Below, piece after piece: positions 24,472 to 37,732 of a stretch of 64,000 nt of DNA (positions are counted from its first letter, which is position 1; each line of letters opens with the position of its first letter). The stretch is taken from the NCBI GenBank assembly GCA_964016885.1, contig OZ024741.1, forward strand, positions 42,594,001 through 42,658,000. The letters run 5' to 3'. The translations under genes and the position numbers were made by a program. Source of the DNA: Eledone cirrhosa. Lineage: Eukaryota. Below the pieces are notes generated by a model. It was not told the origin of the DNA, did not search any database, and worked only from the letters and a program-made list of their open reading frames with translations.

Positions 24472-27400
24472 ATGACCTCACTCAGAATAGGCAGCATAAA
24501 TGCGCGTGGCTTGGGGTCGTCATGGAAGCAGGGCCACCTGCTCAACGACCTCAGGTCACTAAACATAGATGTAGTGTCCATCAGCGAGACCAGAATCTCC
24601 GAAGCACAGGCTTTCGCACCGATCTTCGGCGGCTACGATGTGTACGCATCTCCCAGCCGTCCGGGATCGGGGGGAGGAGTTGCTGTGCTTTTTCGGAGAG
24701 GTTTGGATCTTGCCATACGGGCCATCTTCCTGGACCCAGAAGGTAAGTTGGTGGTGCTGGACGTGACCAGCGGAGACGGGCAAGCTTTCAGGTTAGTGGC
24801 CGTCTATGCCCCGACAGGAGCAGGGCGGCCTGATTTCTTCCGGCGTCTGGAGACCTTTCTTGGAACGTCCCGCTCTTTAGTGTTAGTGGGCGACTGGAAC
24901 GGGATCTTAGATGCACGCTGGGATTGTGTGGGATTAGTGGATAGGGAAGGAGGGTGCAAGAGTCTCACCAACCTGCTCAGACGTTTTGAACTGTCTGACA
25001 GGTACCGAATGGATTTCCCGAATGTACCAATGTGGACTTGGACAAATCGCATAGGGTCATCCAGATCATATCTAGATAGAGTATTTTGTAGGGAAATAGA
25101 TAGGTCTAGTATAGGCTGTCCACAATTCAAGATAGTCAGCTACACGGACCACAAATTCGTGATCTGTGTGCTTGACTTAGATAGGCTTCATAGACGAGGA
25201 CCCGGCTACTGGAAGCTAAACGCGTCCTTACCAGCGCGCAAGGCCTACAGAGACCGGATTAGCGAACTAGTTAAGCGGGCTTTGACGGGGGCCATCGTCA
25301 ACAACAAGTGGTGGTTTGCTCTGAAAAGAGCAATTAGAATAGAGTCCATTAGGTTTAGTAAGACTTTAGCAATAGAGAAAAATAGAGCAGAGGGAGAATT
25401 AGTTAGAAAATTAGATGAGGCGCTTAGCAAAGGCATCGCGACCGACGTACTTGCGGCGAAATTGGCCCTTGACCAATTCTTCAATGCAAAGCACGAAGGC
25501 TGCGTTGTCAGAGCTAGGGTGCGTGCTCTCAGACACGAGGGGACGAAAGCCGTTCAATGGGCCCGAGTGGCGGAGGCGCGTCGTGGCAACAAAGCCACGA
25601 TCTGGTCTTTGGTGGACCACGACGGGCGCATGCTACTCGATCCCGGGCAAATGTGTGAAGCTTTTCAGCGACACTTCGCTCAACTGTTCGGGGGCAGTGG
25701 CGGGCCGGATCGAGGGATGGACTTTAGTGTCTACCTCGACGGACTGCCGCGGCTTTCGTCCACTGAGGCGGAGTGTTGCGAAAAGCCGATAACAACCGCT
25801 GAAGTACGGGATGCAATGACTAGTTGCACAAGGGGTAAATCGCCTGGATTGGATGGTCTGCCCTATGAACTTTACGTACAAATGCCAAACTTGTTCGGAG
25901 GCCTCTTGGCGGACGTCTACTGCAACTGGCAACAGAACGGGAGAATTCCCAGCTCTGTGAGCCGAGGAGCGGTGGCGCTGCTGAGAAAGGATCCGAACAA
26001 GGGGAATAACATAGATAATTTTAGGCCCATAACTCTGCTAAACACAGAGTTCAAGATTTTGGCCAAGGTGCTAGCAAAGAGGTTGGCGCTTGTCGTTGGT
26101 GGTCTGGTGGGAGAGGCACAGACATGCGCTATTCCCGACAGATCCATCCACGACAACCTCCACCTCATGCGTTACATCGTAGAGAGGGTAGCTAGGGAAC
26201 CTGGCACGGGTGGGTCTTTGATCAATTTAGATCAGTCGAAAGCCTTCGATAGGGTCGACCATCGTTACCTAGCGGCAGTCCTGAGGGCGGCTGGCTTTGG
26301 GCCCGTCTTCAGAGGCTGGATCGCTGCCATGCACAGCGACATCTGCTCTGTAGTGAGAGTGAACGGTCACCTTTCGGAACCGTTCAACATCATGCGCTCG
26401 GTCCTCCAAGGATGTCCCCTCTCGTCCCTATTGTACGTATTGACTCTCGAGCCATTACTGCACAAACTGGAGACGTTGAGGGGGGTCCCGCGCGAACTAG
26501 GATGCGGAAGATCCGTGTCAGCATATGCCGACGATGTCACCGTAGTGGTGTCAAACGCCAAACACATCGAGGCGATCGGCACTACACTAAGAGAATACGA
26601 AGCGGTGACAGGAGCAATGATCAACCAGGAAAAGTCAGTGGGCCTGCAGCTCGGCACCTGGAGAGGCAGGTCCATGCCGTCCAACAGCGTCGTCGGGCGC
26701 TGGACGGACGGACCGGTTAAATTGCTAGGGGTCTGGTTCGGTCCAGACCTCCAGACGGACAAAAACTGGGACGAGGTGACGAGGAGGGTGGCTTCTCTCA
26801 CCCAGAAATGGGCCGAGAGGAAGCTATCCCTGAAAGGTCGAGCGGAGGTGGCGAATGCGTACATCGCATCCGTCATCTACTACCGCCTGACCGTCGTACC
26901 TTGTCCTAAGCCCCGCCTGACTGCGCTGGAGCGTTTGCTCTTTCGCTTCTTGTGGAAGGGACGCGCTCCGATGGTCAGGCGGTCCATCTGCTGTCAACAC
27001 CCGCTACGTGGAGGGCTGGGCATGCCGTGGCTGATGATGCGCAGACACGCGCTCAGGCTACGACATCTCCACCTCTTCCTCGACGGTGATCAGGTGTGGT
27101 CGCCGTTTGCAAGACACGTTTTTCCCCAGCTCGTCTCCTTGACGGAGCTGCAGTCCTGGGTCAAGCGAAGACCGAGAGGGAGCGCTTGGAGACTGGAATG
27201 TCTTCAGGCGCTCACAGCCCTCGACCAATCGGGCAATGTGATCGGTGGAAACTCCACCTTGGCGTTCTATAGGGGATTAGTGGAGGGGAAGAGCGACGAC
27301 GTACTTGGAGAAACTCTAGGCGTCGACGAAAATCAACTAGCCAATCTCTTCGGAAGGACTTTCGGGCCGGGGCCTATGGACAACTTCCAGAAATCCCTGG

Positions 27401-27891
27401 CCTGGCAGTGCTACCGAGGAGCTTTGCCAGTTCGGGATAAACTCTACAGGCATGGAGGTGCCGTCAGCCGAGCATGTCCGAGATGCGCGCAGGGCGACGA
27501 AACCGTCCTGCACGCACTCGTCCAGTGTCCGAGCATTGCTGACTTGTGGGTTTATGTCGAACACCTGCTGTCACGTGTTGGACGGATCCAGCTATCAGCT
27601 GAATCCATCGTGAGGATTGCCCCGCCCCCTTCCTTTAGCCTGGAAGGGCAGGCAGTTTTTATCTGTCTGGTGGCCATGGCGAAAGAGATAGTATGGTGGA
27701 CACGTTTGAAAGGGCTGAAGACGAGCACTTACCTCTTAGGTGATGCCCTGATTAACTTTTTCAAATTTCATTTGAAAAGGAAAATCAGGGTAGAGAGGGA
27801 AGTGCTCTCTTCCCAGCATTTTGTTGAAAGATGGGTGAGAGAAGCAAGTATGGCCCGAATGAATGGGCCTTCTCTGAGTATGTGTCTGTAA
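24472..27891 (+). CDS. Tx1 ORF2: APE endonuclease, reverse transcriptase, C-terminal Cys/His motif, 1139 aa
   Basis: SINARG, VYAP, GDWN, LDR, TDH (APE); KSPGLDG, FRPITLL, DQSKAFD, QGCPLS, YADD; CPRC..ETVLHALVQC. Confidence 0.95.
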   Translation: MTSLRIGSINARGLGSSWKQGHLLNDLRSLNIDVVSISETRISEAQAFAPIFGGYDVYASPSRPGSGGGVAVLFRRGLDLAIRAIFLDPEGKLVVLDVTSGDGQAFRLVAVYAPTGAGRPDFFRRLETFLGTSRSLVLVGDWNGILDARWDCVGLVDREGGCKSLTNLLRRFELSDRYRMDFPNVPMWTWTNRIGSSRSYLDRVFCREIDRSSIGCPQFKIVSYTDHKFVICVLDLDRLHRRGPGYWKLNASLPARKAYRDRISELVKRALTGAIVNNKWWFALKRAIRIESIRFSKTLAIEKNRAEGELVRKLDEALSKGIATDVLAAKLALDQFFNAKHEGCVVRARVRALRHEGTKAVQWARVAEARRGNKATIWSLVDHDGRMLLDPGQMCEAFQRHFAQLFGGSGGPDRGMDFSVYLDGLPRLSSTEAECCEKPITTAEVRDAMTSCTRGKSPGLDGLPYELYVQMPNLFGGLLADVYCNWQQNGRIPSSVSRGAVALLRKDPNKGNNIDNFRPITLLNTEFKILAKVLAKRLALVVGGLVGEAQTCAIPDRSIHDNLHLMRYIVERVAREPGTGGSLINLDQSKAFDRVDHRYLAAVLRAAGFGPVFRGWIAAMHSDICSVVRVNGHLSEPFNIMRSVLQGCPLSSLLYVLTLEPLLHKLETLRGVPRELGCGRSVSAYADDVTVVVSNAKHIEAIGTTLREYEAVTGAMINQEKSVGLQLGTWRGRSMPSNSVVGRWTDGPVKLLGVWFGPDLQTDKNWDEVTRRVASLTQKWAERKLSLKGRAEVANAYIASVIYYRLTVVPCPKPRLTALERLLFRFLWKGRAPMVRRSICCQHPLRGGLGMPWLMMRRHALRLRHLHLFLDGDQVWSPFARHVFPQLVSLTELQSWVKRRPRGSAWRLECLQALTALDQSGNVIGGNSTLAFYRGLVEGKSDDVLGETLGVDENQLANLFGRTFGPGPMDNFQKSLAWQCYRGALPVRDKLYRHGGAVSRACPRCAQGDETVLHALVQCPSIADLWVYVEHLLSRVGRIQLSAESIVRIAPPPSFSLEGQAVFICLVAMAKEIVWWTRLKGLKTSTYLLGDALINFFKFHLKRKIRVEREVLSSQHFVERWVREASMARMNGPSLSMCL

Positions 27892-28160
27892 ATTAAAGGT
27901 GGAAAACTGGGAGAGGGCACTTGCCCTGGTGGTCAGGGCCACTGTGGTCTTTTAATGGGCTTTCTCCACAAATGTCCCTTGGAAGTCTCCCCCCTATTGG
28001 GGAATTTTTCTTTGTTATTTTATTTCAACCTCTGTTTTTTTTTTACACGCAGAAATGCCCATTTGTACCGTCCTGCATTGTCCTGTACATTCCTTAATGT
28101 CTACTTTATGTGAACCCTTGTGGTTAATAAAGAAAACATTATTATTATTATTATTATTAT

Positions 28161-30923
28161 TGTTATTACTCTTTGAGTCTCAGTCATTGATGTTAGTTAA
28201 CTGGAAAGTTTGTTGAAATGAATATCAAGCCACTACCTGCAGCCTCAGATATTCAGGACGTATCGGAGGGTTCTTGCTGTTCCCAGCAAGCATGCCTTTT
28301 GAAGCGTTCCAAAAAGCGTGAAGGGGCCAATTTTCTTTAACCATCCCTGGAAACTTTTGGAGATAGTCCCTAGTGCGCCTATGACAATCGAGATCACTTT
28401 GACTTCATGGCAGTTCCAAATCCTTTTTACCTCCCACTTTAAGTCCTGGTATCGGTTAATTTTCTCCCTCTCCTTCTCTTGCACTCTCGTGTCAAATGGG
28501 CAGGCCACATCCACAATCAGGCACGATCTTTTTTCTTTGTGCAAAACCACCAGGTCACGTCTATTGTGTTCCAGTTTCTTGTACGTCTGTATCCCAAAAT
28601 CCCACAGCACCTTCACCTGATCGTTTTCTATCACCACCTCTGGCTTATGCTCATACCACTTCTCAGAATGTGGTAAATAGTTTACTTTGCATAGTGCCAG
28701 TGGATCACCCTGCCAATCACATCATGTCTCCAGCCCTTATAGTGAGTCTGGGCTAGGTGTTTACACTCGGACACAATGTGAGCCACAGTCTCCTCTCTCT
28801 CTCCACAGATCCTGCACAGTTGGCTAGCCTCGTCCTTGTAAATGTGGTGTTTCAACTACTTCGTTTTGAGGGCCTGCTCCTGCGCAGCCATGAACATTCC
28901 TTCTGTAGCCTTTTTAAGGTCTCCTCTTCTCAACCAGTTCCATGTCTGTGGATCTCTAAATTCAGTTTTCTCAAAGAAGGTACTATGAAAGGATTTTTCC
29001 TGAAGGCTGATCTTTCTCCTTGATGTTATTTCCTCCTTGGACATCCACTGGCCTATTGTCCCCTCCTTCAGTACAGTTCTGAGCATTGGCTCCTTACTAT
29101 CAGTCACGTATTTGTGTAGGTTGTTTTTCTCCATCTGAACACAGTCCTCTATGCTGAGAAGACCTCTTCCACCCTCAGATCTCCTTAAGTAGAGTCTATC
29201 GACATCACTCCTCTTGTGGAACATATTGTTGATAGTCAATAGCTTCCTAGTCTTCCTATCCATTTCTTTTTGTTCAGCATCATTCCATCTCAGAATTCCC
29301 GCACCGTACCTAATAATAGACACAGCTCGGGAATTTACTGCGCTTATGGCATTTCTGCTGTTCAGATGTGACTTTAATACGCTCCTTACTCTCCGAATGT
29401 ATTCAGTTCCTATCAATTCCTTCATTATTTTGTTAACTCTGTTTCCCAGGACTTCATACTTTTGCCCAACAACTGTCTGATGTTATCTGCCACCTTGAAG
29501 ATCTCCAGACTTTTGGTGATCCAAGAATGATGCACCTTGTCAAATGCCTTTTTGTAGTCTATCCATCCCATGGCAAGACCAGTGTGTCTCCTCTTGCAAT
29601 TCCTCATTACAATCTTATCAATAAGTAAATGGTCCTTTGTACCACGTGACTTCTTTCGGCATCCTTTCTGTTCGTCCGGTAACAAGTTGTTTGTGTGGAG
29701 GTGATGGTAGATTTCCTCAGACATAATGCTTGTCAACAGTTTCCACATTACGGACAGACATGTGATAGGTCTATAGTTGGTAACATCATTACCCTTGATT
29801 CGGTCTTTCATTATCAGAACTGTGGTACCTTTTGTCAACCACTCTGGTACCTCACCTGGCATCAAGCAGTCATTGAACATGGTTGTCAGTTTCGGGTGGA
29901 GGGATGTTATGTTTTTAATCCAATACCCCTGCACACCATCTGGGCCAGGTGATTTCCAGTTGGTTAGTTTTTTGGCCTGCCCCTTAAGAGTTTCAACTGT
30001 GATACTCAAATCAATTTGTTGGTGTGCCTGTTCACTGATCTCCTTCTGTATTGTTTCAATCCACACTGCCTTGTCATTATGTTTAACATCCTGCTCCCAT
30101 ATTCCTCTCCAGAATGTTTTAGTTTGTTCCGCCTCAGGGATCAAGTCGTTGCCTCTTACTTTCCCTTCAAGCTCTCCAAACAGCATCTTCTGATTGTTGC
30201 CGAACATGCGGTTCTGTCTATACTGGCTGACTCTGTTCTCGTATCGCCTGATTTTTGCACTCTTTGCTACAATGCGTTGCTTTAGTTCCTCTATGATAAT
30301 ATTTAGCTTTTTCCTCCTAGTTTTGTACTTTATTTCCAGTCTATTTTTAGTGTCTATGTTTTTTAGTGTCCCATTCAGTAGGGACTCAAGCTTTCCAATG
30401 TCATTTCTCATTTCCCTGATTTGACCACTCAGTCGTTTCTTCCACCCAGGCTCTGCTCTTTCTTGTCTGTTGTTTTCTCTCGCTTTTATACCAAGTAGTT
30501 TCCTCACCGTATTTGCTGTTGCTTTGAGGATATTGTTGCACTGGTGAAGGCTCCTCGCCTCAAGGTATGGGATGACTTTGTTTACCTTAGCTGTTGTTTC
30601 TTTTAACTTTTTCCTGTCTACAAATCTTAGTTTCATAGGTCTCCCACTATCATTGTTCAATTCATCTACCACTAAGTTTAGGATATCTACCAAATCTTGT
30701 CCTAGCCCGTCAGCATTCATCTCCTCAGTGGCCGTATCTCTGTTCCAGGTATTATTTATCTCAGCATTCAGATCATTGTCTGTTTCGGGTGGTTCCTCCG
30801 TTCTCTCGACCTCTTCACCTTCATTTCCCACAGGCTGGTTTGCCTGGCATACTCCACCCTCCTTCTCCAAGCTAATCTATCTGCTCAGTTCCTCCAGTTC
30901 CAGCTTGCTTATCCACCCATTAT
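28161..30923 (-). pseudogene. Second copy of the 17042 Dong family: 5'-truncated, with an internal RT deletion and stops
   Basis: ORFs 29425-30870, 28856-29425 and 28245-28637 match the 1130 aa protein closely; the QG..SP and FMDD motifs are missing; (TAA)n on both sides. Confidence 0.95.
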
Positions 30924-30988
30924 TATTATTATTGTTATTATTATTATTATCATTATTATTATTATTATTATTATTGCTGCTGTCGTCG

Positions 30989-31065
<77 letters not shown>

Positions 31066-31083
31066 CTTCTTCTTCTTCTTCTT
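30920..31083. repeat. (ATT)n-(GTT)n-(CTT)n compound microsatellite
   Basis: Seen directly. Confidence 0.95.
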
Positions 31084-31411
31084 GTAATTACACTGCCACA
31101 CTTCTCATTCTTGTAATTCTTCAACTTCTCTAACTCGACTCTCCTTTGATGCGGCATTATTTTACTTTTTTATATTCTGTTGTTTTTTTTTGTTGTAATT
31201 TTCCGTCTCATATTATTTATAACGCTTGCATAGATTTTCGGAGATCTATAAAGACAAGTATATATATATATATATATATGTGTTGTCTGTGTGTGCATGT
31301 ATATATATATATGTTTGTGTGTTTGCATGTATATATAATTATACACACGTACAAATACTTTAATGCATCTATATATGTATATGTACATATATATGCATAT
31401 ATATAGATATA

Positions 31412-31456
<45 letters not shown>

Positions 31457-31469
31457 ATACGTATGTACG

Positions 31470-31500
<31 letters not shown>

Positions 31501-31509
31501 GTATAAACA

Positions 31510-31553
<44 letters not shown>

Positions 31554-31614
31554 TATACATATATAAATACATATATATATTCATACATGCACACACACAC
31601 ACACACACACACAT

Positions 31615-31652
<38 letters not shown>

Positions 31653-31707
31653 AGATGTACATATATATACATGTATGCATTACATTATATATACGTGTGT
31701 ATATACA

Positions 31708-31780
<73 letters not shown>

Positions 31781-31784
<4 letters not shown>

Positions 31785-31948
31785 GTTGAGAAGGTAACAC
31801 ACCAGAGAGAGATATATAGTGTGTTATAGTCTCTCTGGTGTGTTACCTTCTCAACATATCATATTTTAAAGGGCTCAGGATCTCTTCTCCTTTGAGCACA
31901 TTATTTACAGGGAATAACGACGGCCTATGCCTCCGTTAAGTTATCAAT
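31781..31948 (+). mobile_element. Fold-back mini-element (hairpin plus tail) inside (TA)n
   Basis: atatgttgagaaggtaacacaccagagaga / tctctctggtgtgttaccttctcaacatat, then a ~90 bp tail. Confidence 0.7.
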
Positions 31949-31977
31949 ATATATATATATATATACATATATATACA

Positions 31978-32079
<102 letters not shown>

Positions 32080-32220
32080 TATATATATACACCTACACAC
32101 ACATATATAATAGAGTAATATATATATATAAAGCTATAAAAACTTAAACAGCGAACACGAAAAACAATTATATATAGATGGGTGTATATGAAACAAGGTG
32201 TGTATATATACATACATACA

Positions 32221-32294
<74 letters not shown>

Positions 32295-32303
32295 TATATG
32301 TAT

Positions 32304-32352
<49 letters not shown>

Positions 32353-32376
32353 TGTATATATATATATATATTATAA

Positions 32377-32432
<56 letters not shown>

Positions 32433-32457
32433 TTATAATATATATATTTTATAAATG

Positions 32458-32513
<56 letters not shown>

Positions 32514-32539
32514 TGTATCTATATATATATATTTTATAA

Positions 32540-32591
<52 letters not shown>

Positions 32592-32634
32592 TTATAATAT
32601 ATATATTTTATAAATTTATAAATATATATATATT

Positions 32635-33368
32635 CGTTCCACGGATAAGTGATAAATTAACGGAACGGATAAATGAACACTGGCGAGACCTTCAAGATAA
32701 TAAAGAATCATCTGTACTCTACCAACATGCTAAGAGAGAACACAAGGGTAAATTAGAGAACATAGAAATAAAAATAGAATCCACACACAGAAAAGATGCA
32801 ATGTTTAGGCAAATTACAGAGGCAGTAAGCATAAAAGAATTACAACCAAAATTAAATAGAAAATATGAGTGGAACAGCAACATCACAAATTACAATTAAG
32901 GACAAAATGAAAACACACACACACATAGAACAAACAACCAACCAACAACATGTAAATAAATAAACAAATAGATAAATGAACACAAACACACACAGACACC
33001 CGGATGTGGCGCATGCGCAAACTGAGCACACAACACACACACAGAAACAAAATGGCGTAGGACAGAAGAAAGGAAAGGCACAGAAACAAAGAAAGGAATC
33101 CCCAGTCACTGAAGAGGTCACAGAGTGTGTGACGAAAGGACTATGACTATATATAAACAACTATCTGGTTGTGGAACCAACCAACCAACCAGAAATTTAT
33201 AAGTTTGTAGATTTGTAAATTTATAAATTTATAAATATATAATAAATTGAAGTGAAAGCAACTGGTGCGTGTGTTTCTTATTGGCAACATGACCCTCCCA
33301 AAGTATAACAATATCGGTTTCAACACACGATTTCAGATAAAGAATCTTGCTAAACAAATTCAGAAACG

Positions 33369-33370
<2 letters not shown>
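32635..33370 (+). mobile_element. 5'-truncated PLE, same family as 3725-4470
   Basis: ERINEHWRDLQD...FRQITEAVSI..PKLNRKYEW, then pLTR; TA on both sides. Confidence 0.9.
33104..33148 (+). ncRNA. Type I minimal hammerhead ribozyme, intact
   Basis: agtca-CTGAAGA-g-gtcaca/tgtgac-GAAA-ggac-TA-tgact. Confidence 0.85.
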
Positions 33371-33743
<373 letters not shown>

Positions 33744-33876
33744 CTACACACACATATATAATAGAGTAATATATATATATAAAGCTATAAAAACTTAAAC
33801 AGCGAACTCGAAAAATAATTATATATAGATAGGTGTATATGAAACAAGGTGTGTATATATACATACATACACGCAT

Positions 33877-33921
<45 letters not shown>

Positions 33922-33972
33922 GATATATACATATATATATATACATATATATGTATATATATATATATGTAT

Positions 33973-34005
<33 letters not shown>

Positions 34006-34202
34006 CATGTATACACATATATATATATGCATATATATGTATACATATATATATGTATATATATACATATATATATATATACGTGTGTGTGTATATATAT
34101 ATATATTATAAATGTATATATATATATACATTTATAATATACATATTTTATAAATGTATAAATATATATACATTTATAATATATATCTATATATTATAAA
34201 TG

Positions 34203-34372
<170 letters not shown>

Positions 34373-34809
34373 AAGAGAGAGAAAGATGAAAACCGAAAGT
34401 GAGAGAAATGAAAATTTCATCTCAAGAATTCTAAAAGTACCTCAGTTATATTCTTTGAATTAAATTTACTCTCATTTTTATGATATATTTATATATTTAT
34501 TTAATTATTTATTTGCGTGAGTCTGTGTGTCATCACTTTGAGTTGATTTAATCTTAAGACCAAGACAGTCGGTTATGGCATATTATTAGTGTTTTAGAAA
34601 GTAGCATCTAGAAGACATGTTCTTATGTTCTATGAGTTGATAGCATTCCAAACTGACAAGTCTTTGATGCTGTTTCAACAGCTATCCTTGATCAGAGAAC
34701 ATTTCCACCACAGCCAATAAAATATGCTTTCTTCATTTTCACATGATATCACTTCAACGCACAACTCTTTTGAAAAGCACCATGTTGTTAACCTATATTA
34801 ACAATCGCC

Positions 34810-35082
34810 ATTGATGACAACGATAATGATGATGGTGATGACGATGATGATGATGACGACGGCGGTGATGATGATGATGATGATGATGATGGTGATGATG
34901 TGATGATGATGATGTTGTTCATGATCGATGTTTGATGTGATGATGGTGATGATGGTGATGGTGATGATAATGATGATGATGATGATGAAACTGATGATGG
35001 CGATGATGTTGATGATGATGATGACGATGATAACGATGATGATGATGATGATGATGATGCTGATGATGACACTGATGATGGC

Positions 35083-35125
<43 letters not shown>

Positions 35126-35322
35126 CAATAATGATGTGATGATGATGATGTTGATTATTATGGTGATAGTGATGATGATGTGATGATGAATATGATGATG
35201 TCGTGATGACGGTAGTGCAGTTGATGATGATGTTGATGATATTGATGATGGTGATGATGACGATGATGATGATGATGTTGATGATGATGATGATGATGAG
35301 GATACTGATGATGATGATAATG

Positions 35323-35375
<53 letters not shown>

Positions 35376-35600
35376 AATGCTGCTGATGATGAGGATGTTG
35401 CTCATGATGATAGTGGTGGGACTCATGATGATGGGAGTGTGAAAATGATGATAAATGATATTGATGATGCTGGTGCTGCTGCTGATGATACTGATGAGGG
35501 GGATGGGGAGATGATGTTGATGATTATGGTGGTGACGATAATGGTGGTGAGGATGAGGGTGAGGACAATCGAGGTAGGACTAATGATGATAGTGATGCTT
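34810..35600. repeat. (GAT)n degenerate microsatellite
   Basis: Seen directly. Confidence 0.95.
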
Positions 35601-35840
35601 CTACTTGCCTTAAAGCTGGTAGTGTATTGGTTGTGGGTGCTGTTAATAGTATGATATTCTGCTTGACAATATAGGGGTCATATAGACTCAGGCATGGCTG
35701 CATGGCTAAGGTGTGAACGTCCCAAACACAAGATTTTTGTTTCATTCACAGCTCTTGGAACTTTGGGTGTATGTATTTTACTCTACCCAGAGGTTTACAA
35801 ACGCCTTATGAAGGAAATTTAGTAAACGAAAACTGTGTGT

Positions 35841-36005
35841 GACCCCAACGGCAGAGCTCAAGCCGTTTCAACAGCTATTTCTGGACGAAACGGCTTGCGC
35901 TCTCCCGTTGGGGTCAAACATTTTCCTATTACCCACTCTACTACCCTAAGTATTGAGTACTCTGGTGCGTTATGGTCCATCTGGTTCCTTACCACGCCTC
36001 CTTCG

Positions 36006-36007
<2 letters not shown>
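35841..36007 (+). mobile_element. Family A PLE tail with 5' inversion
   Basis: Inverted arms 35841-35869/35887-35915 over HHR stem III, then tail to (TA)n. Confidence 0.75.
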
Positions 36008-36095
<88 letters not shown>

Positions 36096-36157
36096 CTGTG
36101 TGTTTTGTGTGTGTAACGTTGAAAGAATTACGGTAGAATGCGAAACAATGCAAAATG

Positions 36158-36438
36158 GACTGTAAGTTGAGGTAACGAAAAGTAAAAGTTACCTGGTAAT
36201 CTTTGTTTTGTTATTGTTCTTGTTCTTTTATCTGTCCAATATTTCGGGAATTAAAAGTCCCTTCATCAGTGTTTAAGGAACTTTCAGTGGATAACGTTAC
36301 AATTTTCTCTTTTTGGGATAACATTTTCATTTAAACTTTTCTAAGTCATTTTCAGATAGAAGAACACAACGACAAAAAAAAAAAAAAAAAAAAAGATTAC
36401 CAGGTAACTTCTACTTTTAGTTACCTCATATTACAGTC
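36158..36438. mobile_element. Inverted-repeat element with partial minus-strand HHR
   Basis: Arms ~36158-36230/36354-36438; minus strand CTGATGA-aggga/tccc-GAAA at 36242-36269; stems I and III are decayed. Confidence 0.6.
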
Positions 36439-36771
36439 TACTAGCATAAAAACCACCCTTCGGTTTCTTTTCTGCTAGCATGTGTACTGTGTATATTGAT
36501 ATTATACGCATGTATATATGCATGTAGATATGATACCTCAAATAAAATCGTAATTGACAATATACACAGAAATTGAAGAGAGTCTGCGTTACATTGTCTT
36601 ATGTAATCAGTAACGTAATCCATGATACATTTAAAAAAAGACGATATTATATGTAAACTGCATTAGGAGAACATTAGTGACAGAAAATTAATGTTTATTT
36701 AAGCGATTGCCACCGGAAGTGTTGATATTTGAAAATTTTAAAGAAGTGAATCTTTAAATATATATATATAT

Positions 36772-36900
36772 GTGAAGGCGTGTGGATGAGTGGTTAGAGA
36801 ATTGGATTCGCAAACATGAGGTTGTGAGTTCGATTCCTGGACCGGACTATGGCGTTATGTCCTTGAGCAAGACACTTTATTTCACGTTGCTGCTTCTACC
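36772..36900 (+). mobile_element. tRNA-derived SINE, 5' part
   Basis: A-box (gtggatgagtgg), B-box (gttcgattcc), tgtccttgagcaagacactt body. Confidence 0.75.
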
Positions 36901-37017
36901 TGGAGTTGCGACCGATAGATAGTATTAGCAATTGGAAAAGACCAACGGAAACATTGTTTCCTTGGTCCGATTTGACGAAAGTCGATCGTTCCTATATATA
37001 TATATATATATACATAT

Positions 37018-37577
37018 GGAATTAGGATTGGTGCTCTGAAATAGCGATGTATACATGAATGTATGTATAGTACATTTGGCAATATATTGTATGTTTAATT
37101 TAAAACATTTAGAAGACCATTCGCTATGAGTTTTAAAGTAGTGACTATGTCACTTACTTAATCTCGGCAAATAACAATTGAGAGTGATCGACAGTCAGCC
37201 TGTTCTCGCTTGTGAGAGTTTATCAAGACCGCACACACAGTTGTCTTTGCCGAGAATTCTAGAAGCTGGATTCTTATAGAATTCCAGTAATAATCAGGAC
37301 CTGATTAAACACAGCGATTGCCGGTCCAACAAAAATTGGTATTAGTATTGATGCTCTGAAATAGCGATGTATACGTGAATGTATGTATAGTATATTTGGT
37401 CTTGATAAACGCGAGAAACAGACTGTCTGTCGGCCGCTCTCAGTTGTTATTTGCCGAGAATAAGTAAGTCACTATTTAGTAAGTCACTACACAGTCACTA
37501 CTTGAAAACTCAAAGCGAATGGTCTTCTAAATGTTGAATTAAACATACAGTATATTGCCAAATATACTATACATACA

Positions 37578-37582
<5 letters not shown>
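37018..37582. mobile_element. Partial-tandem (~320 bp unit) plus inverted PLE-type mini-element, family D (relative at 38480-38760)
   Basis: 37030-37079 is repeated at ~37350-37399; 37398-37582 is the inverse of ~37050-37230; HHR-like TTGAAAA...CGAA near 37502. Confidence 0.65.
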
Positions 37583-37631
<49 letters not shown>

Positions 37632-37635
<4 letters not shown>

Positions 37636-37732
37636 GTTTCTGAATTTGTTTAGCAAGATTCTTTATCTGAAAACGTGTGTTGAAACCGATATTGTTATAC
37701 TGTGGGAGGGTCATGTTGCCAATAAGAAATAT
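37632..37732 (-). mobile_element. Solo 3' tail of the 3725/32635 PLE family
   Basis: Reverse complement of 33275-33370; in (TA)n. Confidence 0.8.

Larger units (their letters stand above)
22266..28137 (+). mobile_element. Near full-length Tx1-clade (L1 group) LINE inserted in (TTA)n
   Basis: ORF1 and ORF2, AATAAA at 28126, (TTA)n immediately on both sides. Confidence 0.9.

Noticed and set aside
36772-36850. tRNA gene (also ~54020-54090 and ~13440-13504)
   Set aside because: A and B boxes are present, but there is no complete cloverleaf, and at least two continue into SINE body sequence
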